From positions 42,100,001-42,164,000 of the forward strand of contig NC_087251.1 in NCBI RefSeq assembly GCF_037042905.1: a stretch of 64,000 nt of DNA. Reading direction: 5' to 3'. The stretch comes from Lytechinus pictus (lineage: Eukaryota). Positions within the stretch are counted from its first letter, which is position 1; each line of letters opens with the position of its first letter. Shown here in pieces: positions 13,982 through 28,262 of this stretch. Below the pieces are notes generated by a model, which searched no databases, was not told the origin of the DNA, and saw only the letters and a list, made by a program, of their open reading frames with translations. Both the position numbers and the translations under genes were made by a program.

Positions 13982-14392
13982 CAGTGTTGCCAGGTCCAAG
14001 CTGAAGAAAATCCCCAAAATGCACTTTAAAAATCCCCAAATCGGACTCAAAATCCCCAAATATTTCAAATTGCCATAATTTCTGAAAAAGGACGGTTATT
14101 ATCACTGTCATTGTCCCCAAAATAGTTCAATTTGTGCTCATTTGTTCACCCCGCTGCAGATCATTTTTTTTTTAGGTTTCGAACATCGTACAACTAAGAA
14201 TTGCGTATAAGACACACGCTGATGTACATTCATATGTGTACATTCTATTCATAAACTATCTAACATTACAGTAGATCATTTAATATTACTTTAAAATATT
14301 GATTTTCCTTGCTTTTCACCAAAATCTTCAAATATCCCCTAAAATGGACAAAAAATCCCCAAATTTATCTTTATCCCCAAATGGCAACGCTG
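13982..14392. mobile_element. hAT-like MITE
   Basis: Ends CAGTGTTGCCA / TGGCAACGCTG; perfect 8-bp TSD TTCCAAAT; internal ATCCCCAAA repeats. Confidence 0.85.
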
Positions 14393-15585
14393 TTCCAAAT
14401 GTGCTTTGAAATAGCCTTAAAGGGAACAGGGAAAAAGGTAGGTACCATATGCATTAAATATCATTACATTGTGCTTCAATGTTTTCTCAATTGAAACCCT
14501 TATGTATTGGGGAATTATAAACACCTCAGCCAGCTAGCATCCTAGCTTGTATCATAAGCAAGGATGACAAGGACGATATCAATGTTATATCCAGTTCTGT
14601 CACATAAACATGTACATCAAATCATTTCAATAAGATATTGCAGACCCTCTGTATCTATGTATTCCTTTTATTCTACTTCTAGTGGATTGTCATTTTTTTC
14701 CTCTGGTCAAGAGAATGCGGAATGCAAATTGATTTCTCCCAGGTTACAACTATCAATTCTTTTCAAAATATGATGATTGCCCCCAAGGGTATATAACCCA
14801 TTAAACAGATGAAAGGAAATAGTACAGGATATTAACCATACAGTAATAACAATTCACACTTATTTCATGCATACAATACACATTACAGGTGGGTATTACA
14901 TATTAATTCATCTATTTTCTCTGACCACATTCACATGCGCAAACGATATGAATCTTTCAATGTTAAATTCAATATTGCTGAGCAGTAATTCATTGCTATA
15001 TATCACGTTCACAAGCTTTACAAGATTCTGGTTTATTCCACTGCATTTTGATTTTTCCCCCGTATCTTTTATTTATAATTATTGTTTAATTTATGTCAAT
15101 TGTCATATTATATTTCATGTATATGCATTGTATATATTATTGTTGCTGTTTTTGAATGTGTGTGAATAAGTGAATTTGTAAATGTAAGATCAAGATCTCT
15201 TCTTTTAATTGGAAACATTTTTCCCCATTTCAAGTTATTTACGAGAAAGAAAGAGAGAGAGAGAGAGAGAGAAAGAGACAGACAGACAAACGAGACACAA
15301 AAAGAGAGACAGAGAGAGAGAGAGAAACAAAGTATGATATAACTCCTTATAAAGCAAGAATCCTATTCACCTTAAAAATAAAAAAGCAATGGCCAATGTC
15401 ATAAAACTTGTTATAATAACAAACTTGCAATAACCTCTTTAAACTCTTGAAATCATTTGATTTTATTGGCTGACAGTGAACTTTTTACAGGATCTGTAAA
15501 TTGATTATTACATTGAGTCTCTATGAAACACGACCCAGTAACCATATCATCGTCAAAGAGGGGATATTGAAGGCATAGTCGGGAC

Positions 15586-15823
15586 CAGGGGCGGATCCAG
15601 GATTTTCCAAAAGAGGGGGGGGGGGCACATTTTCCAGAAGAAAAATTTGACAGGCAAAAAAAAAAAAAAAAAGGTCTTCACTTTCAAAGGGTGGGGGGGG
15701 GGGGGGGGAACAGTTCTGTTTTAACAACATTTTTTACATTACAAATTTAAATTGTGCCTCTCAAAGGGGGGGGGGGGCACGGGCCGGCTTTGCCCCCCCC
15801 CCCCCCCCCCCGATCCGCCAGTG
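15586..15823. mobile_element. hAT-like poly-G MITE
   Basis: Ends CAGGGGCGGATC / GATCCGCCAGTG; perfect 8-bp TSD GTCGGGAC. Confidence 0.85.
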
Positions 15824-15884
15824 GTCGGGACTACCCTGGTAGACTAAACACTGTAATCCCAGGGCCCTCAATCAAAACACTCAC

Positions 15885-15968
15885 TTGAGCTCAGGATATA
15901 CGTTGGTTAGGTACCACTTGAATGATTGGCATTTCAGCTGTTTCCGTAACTCCTTCCTTTCGCTCACG
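15885..15968 (-). CDS. GALNT: GalNAc-transferase exon ([28 protein letters not shown])
   Basis: Family motif LxCxSFKWYLxNVYPEL; tAG / GTGAGT; 84 nt, phase 2-2. Confidence 0.97.
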
Positions 15969-17880
15969 CTATAAAAAAGGAAAACAATGTCATATCATGG
16001 TTATATCATAACAATACAAGGTCCAATATCATCAAAACCAGCTGAAGAAACATATCTTGAGCGCAAAGAGAATTTTAGTGTAACTGAGCTATGTAAAAAC
16101 TTATCTTTTACCTTAGATTGTTTATGTAAATTCTCAATTAAATATGAATATATCAGATTTCAGATGTAGTCTTATCATAAGAAAGAATGAAAACAAGCAA
16201 TCAAGCTGAATGCCCAGATATGATTTTCTCTGATTTGATGTTGTTCATATTACAATGCATATCAGTTACCTGTCAACTCTGTTGTCCTATTTAATCAAAT
16301 CAACTGAAGTCAAGATGAAGTGTGCTATCAAGATTGCAATAATAATTTCATGAGTTAATATTCATTCAATTATGCTCTAGCATAATTCAAGAAATAGCTC
16401 ATCATTTGAGATTTTCAATTCTAAACTGAAGTCTACTCTTTTCTAACAGTATCAGTTCTTGGCACTAAGACACTCATCCAAAACTCTCACATTTTTTTTC
16501 CTATTTTCTTGTCCAACTCAGAATAGCATACTTTTAGATAGATAGCAATATATAAATGCCAATCACTATATTTATTTGAAAACACAGAAATAGAGATATG
16601 GTACTACTGAGCAGTTGAGACAAAGAGATATATTACATTTTAACAGGCCACGTTGAAGCTCTAATGGGCTTTATGAATATCATCTCATGCCAAATTGTGA
16701 CAGTGGCAAATTAAGAGCTAAGGTTCAATTTGTTGAACCAGCTATTCCATGTGGAAACATACTTTGAAATGAAACAGTCAAAGTAAACAGATAAAGAAAT
16801 TTGAAATACATAACATAGTATCGCAACAGCATGTACACTACAACAGATGGTTCAGTTCACAAGCCTGCTATCAAAACTAAATAAATATTGATATCATAAC
16901 CCATGGCCTTGTTGCGAATCTCTATTAATTCAATACAACAAGGGCTTCCAAGAATTAGTAGATCATACAGGCCTTACAAACGTAACAGGAGGTTGAATCA
17001 TATGAACTATAGGAAGTGCAAAATACAGGAAATTATTTGAAAGCAGAACAAAAATTCTCATTAAATGTATCCATATTTTCATTGCAATTAACATACATAG
17101 GAAAGTAAATACCGCCCTCTATCTTGTGTGAAGGGACAGCCATACATGATGGTCAATATAAAATGATTCATATTGAATCATATATTCCTCAATGAGAGGG
17201 AAGCTACGTACTGCTGTGAATTTCCTGAGCCTGGCCTGACTATTCTGACTATATATCCTATTCTTACAGGAGACTTCATAACAGTTTGAAAGGTCACGGT
17301 AGCAGGCATTTCCATTCAAGTTGTATTTGTAATATGCCTTATATACAGATAATTTCATGAGTTTGGATTAGGAGGGGAAATGTGCAAAGGCTTCAGTTCA
17401 TGACTTGCACTGTTTACAGCTTTACATATGAATAGACGTATAACAAACTTGACTTTTTACGTGAAAATTGCATTGTTATCATTCTTCGTCACATTTTCCA
17501 CATTAATCAAAGTCATCATGAGTGAATGTCATCAGAGGCAGTAGTAACCCTTTGTAAGAGGGAAAATGCTGATGGAAATAAACGAAGATGTTGAAGATCA
17601 TGATAATAATAGAAGTACTCTACATATAATGATTGTAAGCTAATTTATATGAGAATATAAGTGTCTTTAAATCTATATTTAAAAATAAGAGAATTTAATA
17701 CACATACACCCTATAAAAATATAGCTTATATTCACATTATATTTAAAGTACTAAGTATGAATTTCATCAATGTGAGAAACGTGTCATAGAATAATTAAAA
17801 TGCAGTTTTCACTAGACCATCTATGTTTAAAAACATAAATTTTAGTTAATGTGCATGTATTTCCTAGAAATAATACTTAC

Positions 17881-17973
17881 TCTCCATAAAATTTTCCTCT
17901 TGCAGAAGGTCTAGCATTATAAAAAAGAACCTTAAATTCATCCATCCATACTTCTGCAGTCCTTCTCGTATTC
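17881..17973 (-). CDS. GALNT: GalNAc-transferase exon ([31 protein letters not shown])
   Basis: AEVWMDE family motif; ctAG / GTAAGT; 93 nt, phase 2-2. Confidence 0.97.
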
Positions 17974-19189
17974 CTAGAACAAGCAAATAAACAAACAAAA
18001 CTAATAAATAGATAAATACAAACAAATATGTAAGCATTAATATTTCTGTGATATGATTAGTTCAATCAAATATCAAAATAAATAAATTATACAGTGGAGA
18101 ATTTTTCATTGATGAGATTTCAAAAGAAAGTAATCAGTCCTTCCATCAAAACATTTTTGATGAACAACTTGAAAGAAAGGAGGAATACGGGAGATGGGGG
18201 GGGGGGGCTGGATTAATTTCCAAAAGGAATGGCATCTCCAGGGAGGCAGGCAACACCCCTTACATATTCTTATGTCTCTTTCATTCAATATAAGCTTTGT
18301 CTAACATCAACTTTAGGATTAACAATGGTGATATTCTGAAGTTTATAATATACATTGTATCTTGTATATTTCAAGACAATGATTTTACAAGAGAGTTTGC
18401 AATGTGTTAGTGTTTTATTTTATTTATCTTTTTATTGCCCTTTGTTCAGTAACGTCACTTGGCTATACTAACATAATCATCTCAACAGGATAGCAATACT
18501 CCTCTGAAATAAATTACTTAAGAAATCTAATGACAAACAATTAGCCAGTGATGGCTACACCCTAAGATTAACTTCGCTTGGGAATACTGTTGGGATAATT
18601 GCTTGCCAAGACCACTAAAGCCGCTAACACTTAACTTTATGGAAAATAACCAGGGGGTTATTGCATTCCTTGGGTATTTACCTTTTAGTATGACTGAGAA
18701 AAAAATATGTAGACTTTATCTGCCTAGGACAGAACTAATTATCAAACAATTATCTCTCTTGGAAAAGGACATTCAGTGCAATTATTTTTGCACTGATCTG
18801 GGCTCTGGAACTATCTCGGATCAGTATCCCCGAGATCGTAACCTTACTTTAAGGACGATATCTCTACGACAGCACACATAAGATAATTAAACTCAATGGT
18901 AACACACACACAGAGTTTCCCTTGAAGACAACAAACAAAACATATGAAAGGATAATTACTTGACAGTATTACTACCCTCCAAAACCCTAGGGCAATTTTC
19001 ACTCTACAATCACAAACCAATGCTCACTCACAACATTACCTTGGCCTAAGATGATATAAGAATGTCATTAAATTTCAAGGGTTACGAAAAATCCTAACAC
19101 AAGAAGGACTATATTTTGCTATATTGATTTAATCATGTGGAGAGACACACCTCTGAGGATTATAAATTGAATCTTTTCTTAACAATAAT

Positions 19190-19650
19190 AGGTGGTTTCA
19201 AACCGCCTTGATCACAGGAATCTATGTTAAATTACAAGAAATTATTCAGGCTGAAAGTGCCTATTAATTATTTTCGCATTCACATCGCCCAAAAAAGTTC
19301 CTGAAGTTATGAGCATGCGCAGTATGGTCTGATAAGCAAGCAAGGCGCGAGATTCAAAATCGCTAACTCAGCTGCCACCCACGGCGCCCGCGCCCAACTA
19401 CACGTTGGGCTAAAAGTTCCCGTAATTTGCTTTCACACTGCAAAAATTCCTGTGACCTTGAAAAAATCCCTGCGAAAGCTCTCTCAGAATTTTGACAAGT
19501 ACCTACTTTTTAGCGGATATTTTTTTCGGGGAGATTATGTGTAATTTTCTTTCACACTGCCAATATTACCAGGTATTTTCTGATCGGGAAATTTACCCCG
19601 ATCAGAAAATTCCTGGAACTGACGAACTTTGAGGCGGTCTGAAACCACCT
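19190..19650. mobile_element. TIR MITE with 3-bp TSD
   Basis: AGGTGGTTTCAAACCGCCT / AGGCGGTCTGAAACCACCT with AAT on both flanks; partial copy at 62974-63200. Confidence 0.8.
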
Positions 19651-19691
19651 AATGTTGTGGAAAGGAAGGTGGCAACTTTCTATTTACTTAC

Positions 19692-19818
19692 CTGATATAA
19701 GTATTAGCATTTCCATCTGGGAATGTATAAGGGTGTTTCTTGCGAAAGACATGTCCTACCCGACTGCATGGAATGATTTCTAAACTACCTCCACACTGCC
19801 ACACTCTGAAAGAGATTT
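19692..19818 (-). CDS. GALNT: GalNAc-transferase exon ([42 protein letters not shown])
   Basis: Gal/GalNAc-T motif and flexible loop; [10 protein letters not shown] resembles vertebrate GALNT14/16; gtAG / GTAAGT; 127 nt, phase 1-2. Confidence 0.98.
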
Positions 19819-20444
19819 CTACAAGATACAACAAAATAAGTAGTCAAGATTGTGGCCTGCCTCTCAGGCTACACCTTAAGATGTACTTCAGTTTGGAATA
19901 CTGAGAATGGCAAACAATTACCACTTTCCTTTTTTAGATATTTAATAAGTTTTATTTTGTATCAAACGTATTGTTGATTGTACATGGTATACCTTTCATT
20001 CTTTACACTTTTTTTTTCTGCTTTTGACAAAGTTAACTATCCCTTTAAAAATGAGCATTAGGAAAAAAACCTGAAAAATAACATCTACATGATTCATACA
20101 TAAAAAAAATAATAACATATATGAATCTTCTGTAAAACATAAGTTGAAAGAAGAAAGGAAAACAATAAAACTGCTTAAAAACTAGTGAGATTTAGGATAA
20201 AGGGATTCCACTAAGGCTTGATAAAAAATTCTGAAAGTCATATATAGAATGAACACTTTCTTACATGAAAAATGTGTTTTCTATAGCAGAAAATATAATG
20301 AAAGAATCTGATTTCAGACTTTAGTCTAAAAAGTGGCACCCATGATAATATTAGCACCTCCTGAACCAAAAGAGAATAAGCTATGATATTCTGAAACCCA
20401 TCCTAACGTGGAGGAAACACAAACTGATATTGAGTGACAGTTAA

Positions 20445-21039
20445 AGGGGAATCCAGCCTTGGCCATAAAATGCTGTGTTGGGAAGGAGAAAAATAAATTA
20501 GACAGAATGGTGAAAGTTTGAAAGAAATCGGACAAGCAATAAGAAAGTTATAGCTGCTTTCAAATTGAGATCACTAATAGTATGTAGATTTCAAATTGGC
20601 AACTGTGTAAGTTAATTATGACAAGGGGCAAGGTCAACTTTCCCATAGGCCATGTACTTTATTATCAGGGATTTGTGGTTTTCTCCTAAGTACCCATTCC
20701 CCAGGGGCAGTAATCTATATATAACCCAGGTAGTATATTGTTTTATGTCCTCATGAAAGAAAAATATAATTTGAAATAAAACTTTTGGGGAAAATGATAT
20801 TTTAGCCATAATATGCATTGGAGTACATGGAAGAGTAGTCCTTGCCTTACATCACTAAGACATCCCATATGCGGCCAATTTGAAGTCTCCATGGGTATAG
20901 TGATTACCAATATTTACAACTTTGAAATATTCATATCTTTTTTGCTGTTTATCCAATATTGTTCAAACTTTCTACGATCAACTTGTCTGATTTTTCTTTT
21001 TCTTATAAAAACAAGTTTTTATTTGGGTTGGATTCCCCT
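20445..21039. mobile_element. Kolobok-like non-autonomous element
   Basis: TTAA-AGGGGAATCCA ... TGGATTCCCCT-TTAA. Confidence 0.85.
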
Positions 21040-22072
21040 TTAATGTGCATTTCATGGTTGCCTTCCTCCTCTTGATTTCCTTCTCAAATCTCTTCAAATG
21101 ATATAATTCTTCATGGGATACCTTGCTAACATTTAACATCCACAGAATGTAGGAGTGTACCATTAAGGAAGGAGTAGGTTCTACTAAATAACACAAACAG
21201 ATAAACAGGAGGAAGTTGAAATCCAATATTTTTTAAAAAATGACTACCTTTCCTTGCTAATTTCATTGAAACTTACAAAGAAATATCCCAATCATTTAAA
21301 GTTTCCAGTAGATCTCTAATTTAGAAATGCAATATGCTTAGGGACATTTGTTTAAGCTGTCTTTAGACTCTCAAAGTACAATCATAAGCATCATAAGGTC
21401 ATATGGTAAACCAGGTTGTATTATTTAGTTTTCTCACTTTTTTTGTTGGGAAACTTCACCAGAAGTTGTTACCATTCTTAAAATGTAACATATCATGAGC
21501 AGTCTCAGTCAGGCAAGTGTTTTGAAGTAAAGACCAAAACTACTTGCCCGAATCGGGCAATCAAAATTCACACAGTAGAAAGCAACATTCTCACAGTAGA
21601 ATGACCAAAATTAGGGTTGATATGACATGATATATTGAGTTATTGACCCAAATTTTGGTCATGGCAGACAAGATAAAATCACTTTGGAAAAAGAAATGAA
21701 ATAACAAGGTAGATCAGTTCATGCCAAAAGAGAGAAAAAGGTCAATGGTTTATAAAACCGCAAAACTTTCTTTTGAAGAGGTAAAACTTTTTATTTCAAG
21801 GATTTTTTCGGGCAAGTGAAATAGATTTTTGGACAAGTATATTCCAACTATTTAAAAATTTATTTGCCCGACCGGGCAAGCGCTTCTAAAAAGTCATGTA
21901 GCACCCTGCCCCCCCCCAAAAAAATGAATTAAGCATTTCTTGCCCTCCCCCTCCAAGCCAGAAAATAATTCCTGCATAGAAAACTACCTGTATTGCTGAA
22001 GAATCTAATTACTTGGATTGCTAGAGGATATCACATTTAATACAAAATACTTTTCATTTTCCCCTTTCTTAC

Positions 22073-22176
22073 CAAAGTTTTCTCCTCCCCAGATGTCCAT
22101 CAAGCCGTCATATTTTCCTAGTTTATCGAACCAATCATGACTGATCACAAACAAACCTCCCGCAATCATTGGCGTC
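22073..22176 (-). CDS. GALNT: GalNAc-transferase exon ([34 protein letters not shown])
   Basis: TPMIAGGLF and WGGEN motifs; acAG / GTAAGA; 104 nt, phase 2-1; overlaps track ORF 22005..22193. Confidence 0.98.
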
Positions 22177-22344
22177 CTGTCAACAGAAATCATAATAAAT
22201 ATGACATGTCAAAGAACCTGTGCTTCATAAACAAAAAATAAAGAGAAGTAAACTGTGGATAGGTGGTGCAAAGACGTGGTAGTCCACAGAATAAACAAGT
22301 AGGCCGAATAAACCAATAATATTTCAAAGTTTTTAATTGACCTG

Positions 22345-22629
22345 GGCCCCGTCTTACAAAGAATTGCAAATTGATCCGATCAATCACAACTATGGACGGC
22401 CAGCAACGTCAACATCTTTTATTCATGTTTGTGTTTTTTCAAAATGTTTTCTAGATATGATGTATATTCAAGCATTCACTGTCTCCTTGAAAATTCCCTG
22501 TGCTTCTCTTTGTTTACGAAGGACATTGTGCAAATTTGCTGTAGAAAAAATTAAGACACTGATGGATTTCCATAGAATTACTACTGATTGGATCATTCAA
22601 AACTCTTTGTAAGACAGGGGGGGGGGGGG
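22345..22629. mobile_element. Harbinger-like MITE
   Basis: GTCTTACAAAGA / TCTTTGTAAGAC inverted ends, CTG flanks; right terminus blurred by a G-run. Confidence 0.65.
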
Positions 22630-22754
22630 CTGGGAATAATGGAACTATGGGGTTTATATCCATTTAAAAAAATGGAAAATACAAAGAATGTTTAATCATC
22701 ACCTCTCATTCGTCATCTCTGCATATCACATTTATTTAAGTAACAATGGTTATA

Positions 22755-23574
22755 CAGTGCGTCCCAGAAAAAACGAAACCGAGATTTAGCAATGATTTAT
22801 CATAACTAAATCACAAATACAATAGACAAATGACCTACCATTGTAAAGCTTAGAATCTCCTCTTTCATCTGAAATTACTTAGATTATTTCTCATTCACGC
22901 ATGAGTGAGCAAAACAAATTTGAAGAGGGGATACCAAAAAGTCATTTGGCGGGCTGTATCTCGGTTTAAAAAAGAAAACCACATTTCTAAAAAGTTCAAT
23001 ATCTGCTCTTTAATTTGATACCTCAATTACAGAAAATGGTCAAGAAATAAGAAAGTTCTGGTTATTTGAAATAAGGCTTGAATTTCAATAATTTCATAAA
23101 ATGAAGAGGTTTTACAGGCTAGCGTTCAAACTCACTCGACACTCCGTTTTGTTGACGATCAGCCATGCATGAAGTCTTTTGTTAACCATGCGATAGCTTC
23201 TGTGGGAAACCGGTGAAAACATGTTTATTTAATGAAATTATGGAAATACAAGCATTGTTTCGAGGGAACGTAACTTTTTTACTTCTTGACCATTTTTTGT
23301 GATTAAGGTATCAAATTAAAGAGCAGATATTGAACTTTTTAGGCATGTGATTTTCTTTTTAAAATTCAGATACCCCCTGCCAAATGAGTTTTTGGTATCC
23401 TTTCTTCAAATTGTTCCTGCTCACTCATGCGTGAATGAGGAATAATCTAAGTAATATCAGATGAAAGAGGAGATTCTAAGCTTTATATTGGTAGGTCATT
23501 TGTCTATTGTATTTGTGATTAAGTTATGATAAATCATCGCTAAATCTCGGTTTCGTTTTTTCTGGGACGCACTG
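22755..23574. mobile_element. Tc1/mariner-like foldback MITE with long TIRs
   Basis: TA-CAGTGCGTCCCAGAAAAAACGAAACCGAGAT ... ATCTCGGTTTCGTTTTTTCTGGGACGCACTG-TA; arms pair over roughly 300 bp. Confidence 0.9.
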
Positions 23575-24091
23575 TATATTAATATAGGATTTATCATAAA
23601 AGTTTAAAATATTCATTCAGAATAAACAATGAGAAAAAATCAAACATACCATTTAACCAACTGGGAACAATCAAAGCGAGGTAAATATCAATTGAGTAAA
23701 AATTGGATCACTGGACAATGTAAAGTAGTATTAATCCTTGACCAACATTCTCACATTTTCTCTAAAGTACACTGGTTATAAACTTATTTAGGTCTTTTCA
23801 TGAACTTTGAAAATGTTAATGTATACAGTTAGCAGTAAGATTAAGTTTGGACATCATCATCTCCGTCCTATTGTTCCGTTCAAAGAGACCATCTTGTCAT
23901 TAGAATTCTTTGTACACTTCGACCGTTCACATACTCACCATCCTTTCCATCCTTCTTGATATGATTTGGAAATCTTTTCCAGTTCCCTCCTCTCATTTTT
24001 TTTTAACTTATAGACTGGTATCAAAATAAATGCATATATTATCAACAGATAAATTCTTTATCAAACCTGTTATATCCCTTCTCCCCTTTAA

Positions 24092-24484
24092 AGGTGAATT
24101 CCAGTTTTGGTAACGATCTCAAAATGACTTTTTACAGAATCTAATATAATGACCACCCAAGTGTCTGTTTGTATGAATAAAAAATATGTGCCAAAGGATT
24201 CTGGAAGAAATTGTGTAATTGCTGAGAAATAAGCAAAATAAGCGCGGATTCGGTAACTTCCGTCGGGTCTTTATTCCAGCAATAATAATACACTGTCCCA
24301 CGTGTGCTTATCCGTGTTGGCGATCTTCAGTGTGATCGTATTTCAGCTTAGATTTTTATTTCACAAAGTTCAATTCATGTAACTATACCAGATCTAGATC
24401 CACGATGATATAGTCATACTTAACCTTGGTTTTACAGACTTTCTCACAAAATTAGTGTTTTACTGCAACTACGTTCATTTAGCT
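24092..24484. mobile_element. Possible Kolobok-like element
   Basis: TTAA-AG...CT-TTAA ends; TIR similarity is weak. Confidence 0.5.
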
Positions 24485-24869
24485 TTAAAGTAACAGCATT
24501 AAGTGCAGAATAGACCTTATGATAATACAAAAATATATTATATACGGGATTGAATTTGTGAATCTCATATAAATTTAGATTCAGGAAAAAAAAAACATGA
24601 CAGTCCTTCTTATATTTGTTTTGGTATCAAAGCAATAAGCCAGTGATTTTGTTCCCACTACTTATATCCTGATAATAATTCAAAACAATCACTCCTTGGA
24701 GAAAGCAATTAGACGCCTACTGATCAATGTAATCTGAAAATCCACGGACCGAGTAAAGAAAGAAGACAATTGCTAGAAGGAATTATAAATAATATTTACA
24801 AAAACACATCTGAAGTGAAATGATAATTTCTTCATAAAGTAGAATTCTATACTAGCTAATATACATGTA

Positions 24870-25052
24870 GCCTTGTGGTCCTATGGTTAGAGAATTGGAC
24901 TCATGATCGCAAGGTTGCGAGTTAGAATCCCAACTCTGCCATTGACTCCACTTTGATAAAAAGACCCAAGAGTAACATCTGTCGTCTATAACGTCAGCCA
25001 CTATGACTGATTAACCTAGACGTAAACTGTTTCCTAGGTAATTGGTTATATA
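24870..25052 (+). mobile_element. tRNA-derived SINE, interrupted
   Basis: A-box-like TGGTCCTATGGTTAG and B-box-like GTTAGAATCC; no intact cloverleaf. Confidence 0.6.
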
Positions 25053-25169
25053 CAGACCTGCCAACCTCTGGGAATGAAAAATTGTATTCTGTGATAAAAA
25101 TTCTATAACGTCAGCCACTATGACTGATTAACCTAGACGTAAAATGTTTCCTAGGTAATTGGTTATATA

Positions 25170-25614
25170 CAGACCTGCCAACCTCTGGGAATGAAAAATT
25201 GTATTCTGTGATAAAAATAATTGTATTTTCCCCCAAAAAAGTGTATTTCATAACAAACTGTGTGGCGCACTCGCTCATCGCGGCGCTCAAGCTGCATGCA
25301 AGCTAAAATGCGCACTGCTCTTGCAGATGAAAAAAGAAAACCATTGAAACTTGTGTATATCTCACCCTGGTTTTTACAAAATGATTGAAAAAAAACAAGT
25401 TACCTGAAATTACATTGATCTAATAACCATATTTGTGTACGTTTTATGAAATAGAGACATATAGAGATGATTTTTCTCAATAAATTACGATTAAATTTTT
25501 AATTTTTTTTTTTTATTTTATACAAAAAACATTTTTAAAAGAAAAAACGTACTGCCGTATTTTGGTTGCAAAAGCGTACTAAATACGGCTAAAACGTACT
25601 GGTTGGCAGGTCTG
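25170..25614. mobile_element. hAT-like MITE
   Basis: TIR CAGACCTGCCAACC / GGTTGGCAGGTCTG; left end also duplicated at 25053; no TSD seen. Confidence 0.75.
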
Positions 25615-25908
25615 CAGGAGTTACCATAAACAGAAACAGAAACAACTTAATAATGTTTGTAATAACAATATCATGTTAAGTATTATAGGGACAGCTGGTA
25701 GAACAGTTTTTCGGAGCTGAAGTGGCTACCCTGGTTAAAATGACATCATTTTTATTATTGTTTGTTATCTGTAACAAGGAAAAGCTGTGAAGAAAGAGAG
25801 ATAATAGAACCACAGGTCCTTTATAAAATGGGACACATGTAGAGTGAAAATACATGTAGAAATTCAATTCAATTCAACACAATTCAAATAAAAAACTCGG
25901 AGACTTAC

Positions 25909-25993
25909 TGTATAGGCATTGTTGGATCTTTTCTCTTATACTTCTGTTCTGATGACATATGCTCCCATTTGAAATGAAGACTCCAATCAAAGC
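25909..25993 (-). CDS. GALNT: GalNAc-transferase exon ([28 protein letters not shown])
   Basis: GFDWxLxFKW motif; gtAG / GTAAGT; 85 nt, phase 1-2. Confidence 0.97.
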
Positions 25994-28262
25994 CTACATA
26001 CAACCAAAACAAAGAATATAAAAAAAAAAATAGTATAAAAAAATAGCAAACTAACAAATTATTATATAGATATTTATTCTCTTGAATAGGATACTGTGAA
26101 TATGAATGAAGTATGGTTGTATGGAGAAAAACTTTTTGTTATATGAACACAATGCAGTTTGAATGCCCCATCATTGCGTGCTAAATGTTTATTGTTGTGA
26201 TAAAATATAATAGTCACAGGGTAAATTGGGATTATTATAGGGTAATAAAATGATAATGAGCGTAGCTATAAATCAAATGTGCCACATCAATTATCTTTCT
26301 CTTAACGGTGGCCCTTATCAGACAAATAACATATGAAAGATGTTAGTAAAGATACAAATATTGGTTGCAGTTATTCATAAGTGCACAAATTTGCAACACT
26401 CCAAGTCTGATATAGGCCCATAATTGCATATTTCAAAACACAAGATGCAATTAGCGAGGTAGTAAGAGTGATTATATTGCAAGCAATTTTGAATATATTT
26501 GCTTTAAAATGAATCTTACCTACAAACATAGCATATTAAAAGCTTGTTCATAATTCCATGCGTTATTTTGGTAATACAATGTCAAAAGATTTGGGGTAGG
26601 GTGGGGCAAACACGGTTAATTTGTATTTTGTATACACGAAAGAATAAACATTTTGCGTAACTCCTTTTATCATATATTATATTGTGAACACCTCAATGAA
26701 GACCATTATGGTATCTCATCTCTTGAGTTTGTGATATTTATTTTCCCACAAATCTGAAAATTTAACAAAATATTGAAATACACGGCTCTAATATGATGAG
26801 ACTTGACTCTTTCATGCATTAAACTTAAGTGTTTAAATAACTTGAAAACATTGTATTGTATTGCATTCATTTTCCATTCATACAAAATTATGCAAAATAC
26901 AAACAAAAGTTACATCAGGTACAATTATAGAATAAAATACAGAATGGATACATATGATGGCTTGAGAGTGGTCATAATTACCACTCTGTTCAGCCTAGGG
27001 GTCCAGAACATTGATAAATACTAATTTAAAAAAAAAACCTGTATTTTAAGCATATTTAGCAAGCAGAAAACAAAACTAGATATAAAGTAATAAAAACGGT
27101 ACATAAAGCAAAATTTAAAGTTGTGAATTAAAGCTACAAACCTAATATATACACCCTCTAATGATGAGGCAGAATGGGGCATTTTAGATTTGAGGATACA
27201 CTGTCATTTCAGAATGCTGATAATCAACAATATGACACATATCATACAGTGATAAAATGGAGAGAATATTCTTGGAAAAGATTGATGCCCATGGAGATAA
27301 AAGGCTGAAAAGCTGGATAATTTCTTAGATGGAAATGGGTTACTAAATGGTTATAGTAACAGAGATGGTAGGATATTTGATGTATGATAATGTCGGTGGA
27401 AGGTTTTAAGATGACCTACATGTTAGCATACTACCGGGGTAGATGTAGAATGAAGTAAATTGGGTAGTTCACATTCTAAATCTGATGCATTGTCGAAGAG
27501 AGTGCATTCCATAGAATGGAAGCACTACTCGCAAAAGCTTTTCCATCAAATGAGCATTTTACTCGACGAGCTGTCAACAAACTGGTTCCTGAAGAGCTAA
27601 GATTTCTAATGGGAACATATTCTGATTCCAAACTGAATTTGACGTTGAAAAAAGTGCTTCAGTTTTGATACTGGGACGTTTCCAGGAGAAAACTCTTTTG
27701 TTTTTCACGTTCTAAGTGCATCTGAAAGTCATAAAATGTTGATTTCTGTAGGCATGGAACTGAAAAGAGCAGTTTGCATTTCACCAAATCGATATGATGA
27801 AGATATAGGGGTTTTTTTTATCATGAAGCACGGGTCCATGGGTTTCTTTAAAGACAAGTTTTCTTTCAGCAACATATTTACAATCCATTCTAGATTATTT
27901 CAAAGTCACGTTATTACCAAAATCTGAGCATTCCTTTAAAACAAAATCAACATTGATTTATGGCCCAGTGCGGAAACACTTCTACCATCTTCTTGAATGA
28001 AATTACAGCAGTTTTGGGGTAACTTCATTGGCAATACAGTGAATAAACAATTATGTGGTTTAACGCCACATCCAGAGGTAAATCGGTCTTGTAACAAGCT
28101 GCGGTGTGGTGGAATATAATCAGATGAGTGTGAAGAACGGAAGCAGGTGGGAAGTAGAGAATCGCAGGCAGAAAACAGCCTCCCACACACACACACACAT
28201 ATCCTTTACTTTCACACTTAATGACAGTCTTCTTCAAATCTCAAGAGCACGGTAATAACTTT

